Shown here piece after piece: positions 63,673 through 64,000 of a stretch of DNA of 64,000 bases. The DNA comes from Phapecoctavirus DIJ07P1: sequence record OZ035743.1. One strand, given 5' to 3'. A program made the position numbers and the translations under genes. Numbering within the stretch: position 1 is the stretch's first letter; the number at the start of each line of letters is the position of its first letter. The notes beneath the pieces are model-generated. The model saw only the letters and a list, made by a program, of their open reading frames with translations. It was not told the origin of the DNA and ran no database searches.

Positions 63673-64000
63673 AGGAGTGGTTATGAAAAAGTTTGTTGTT
63701 TACAGTCGTCTTTCTAAACAGAAAAAAGGTGAGGCACAATATGGTATGGAGAGCCAAGAGAATGATATCCGTTACTTCTTAGACTCTGTGCCTGATGCGG
63801 AAGTTATTGGTCAATTTTCTGAATACTATTCGGGTAAGGGCGATTGGAAGCAACGTAAGGAACTGGTTAAAGCGGTTGAAATGTGTAAAGCTACCGGAGC
63901 AACTTTATTGGTAGCTAAAGTTGACCGCTTGGGTCGTAACAACGCCTCCGTAGCAACTCTTCTAGAAATGATCGATGTTAAGATAGCCATCATGCCAGAC
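63673..64000 (+). CDS. Serine recombinase (resolvase/invertase), N-terminal part; runs off window
   Basis: MKKFVVYSRLSKQKKGEAQYGMESQENDI...LLVAKVDRLGRN matches catalytic-domain pattern (YxRxS...Q...D...RLxR); RBS AGGAG; TTGACA promoter-like at 63633. Confidence 0.7.

Overview
The window reads as a fragment of a large, AT-rich virulent tailed phage of a Gram-negative host; all calls rest on motifs read by eye from the supplied translations and DNA, with no database search run. Layout: (1) 8-3840 (+): two late tail-fibre-like genes, the first with collagen-like Gly-X-Y tracts, each ending in a hairpin terminator. (2) 3969-38959 (-): a long compact block with replication genes (SSB, family-A DNA polymerase, orphan adenine methyltransferase, primase-helicase, UvrD-like helicase), anaerobic ribonucleotide reductase NrdD/NrdG, four glycosyltransferases, a SleB-like wall hydrolase, and a Ter-like module (TerC, TerD, a TerD-like vWA protein, possible TelA-like protein) next to a macro-domain / PRTase-like / HAD-like trio. 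(3) 39074-45298 (+): small genes plus an AAA+ ATPase, a zinc-ribbon repeat protein and a NADAR-domain protein. (4) 45300-46400: AT-rich repeats with tandem Fur-box-like palindromes, then a GC-rich island. (5) 46480-52995 (+): the most striking feature, an array of about 17 near-identical sigma70-type promoters, each followed by a conserved GC-rich 5' leader hairpin with compensatory stem changes, a strong RBS and a small ORF, in DNA that looks GC-richer than the rest; the same cassette also drives terC on the opposite strand. (6) 52995-54495: about 1.5 kb of A/C-rich, strand-asymmetric non-coding DNA. (7) 54496-63612 (+): small genes including tandem paralogue families. (8) 63673-64000: start of a serine recombinase. 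No rRNA, tRNA or CRISPR array was recognised.
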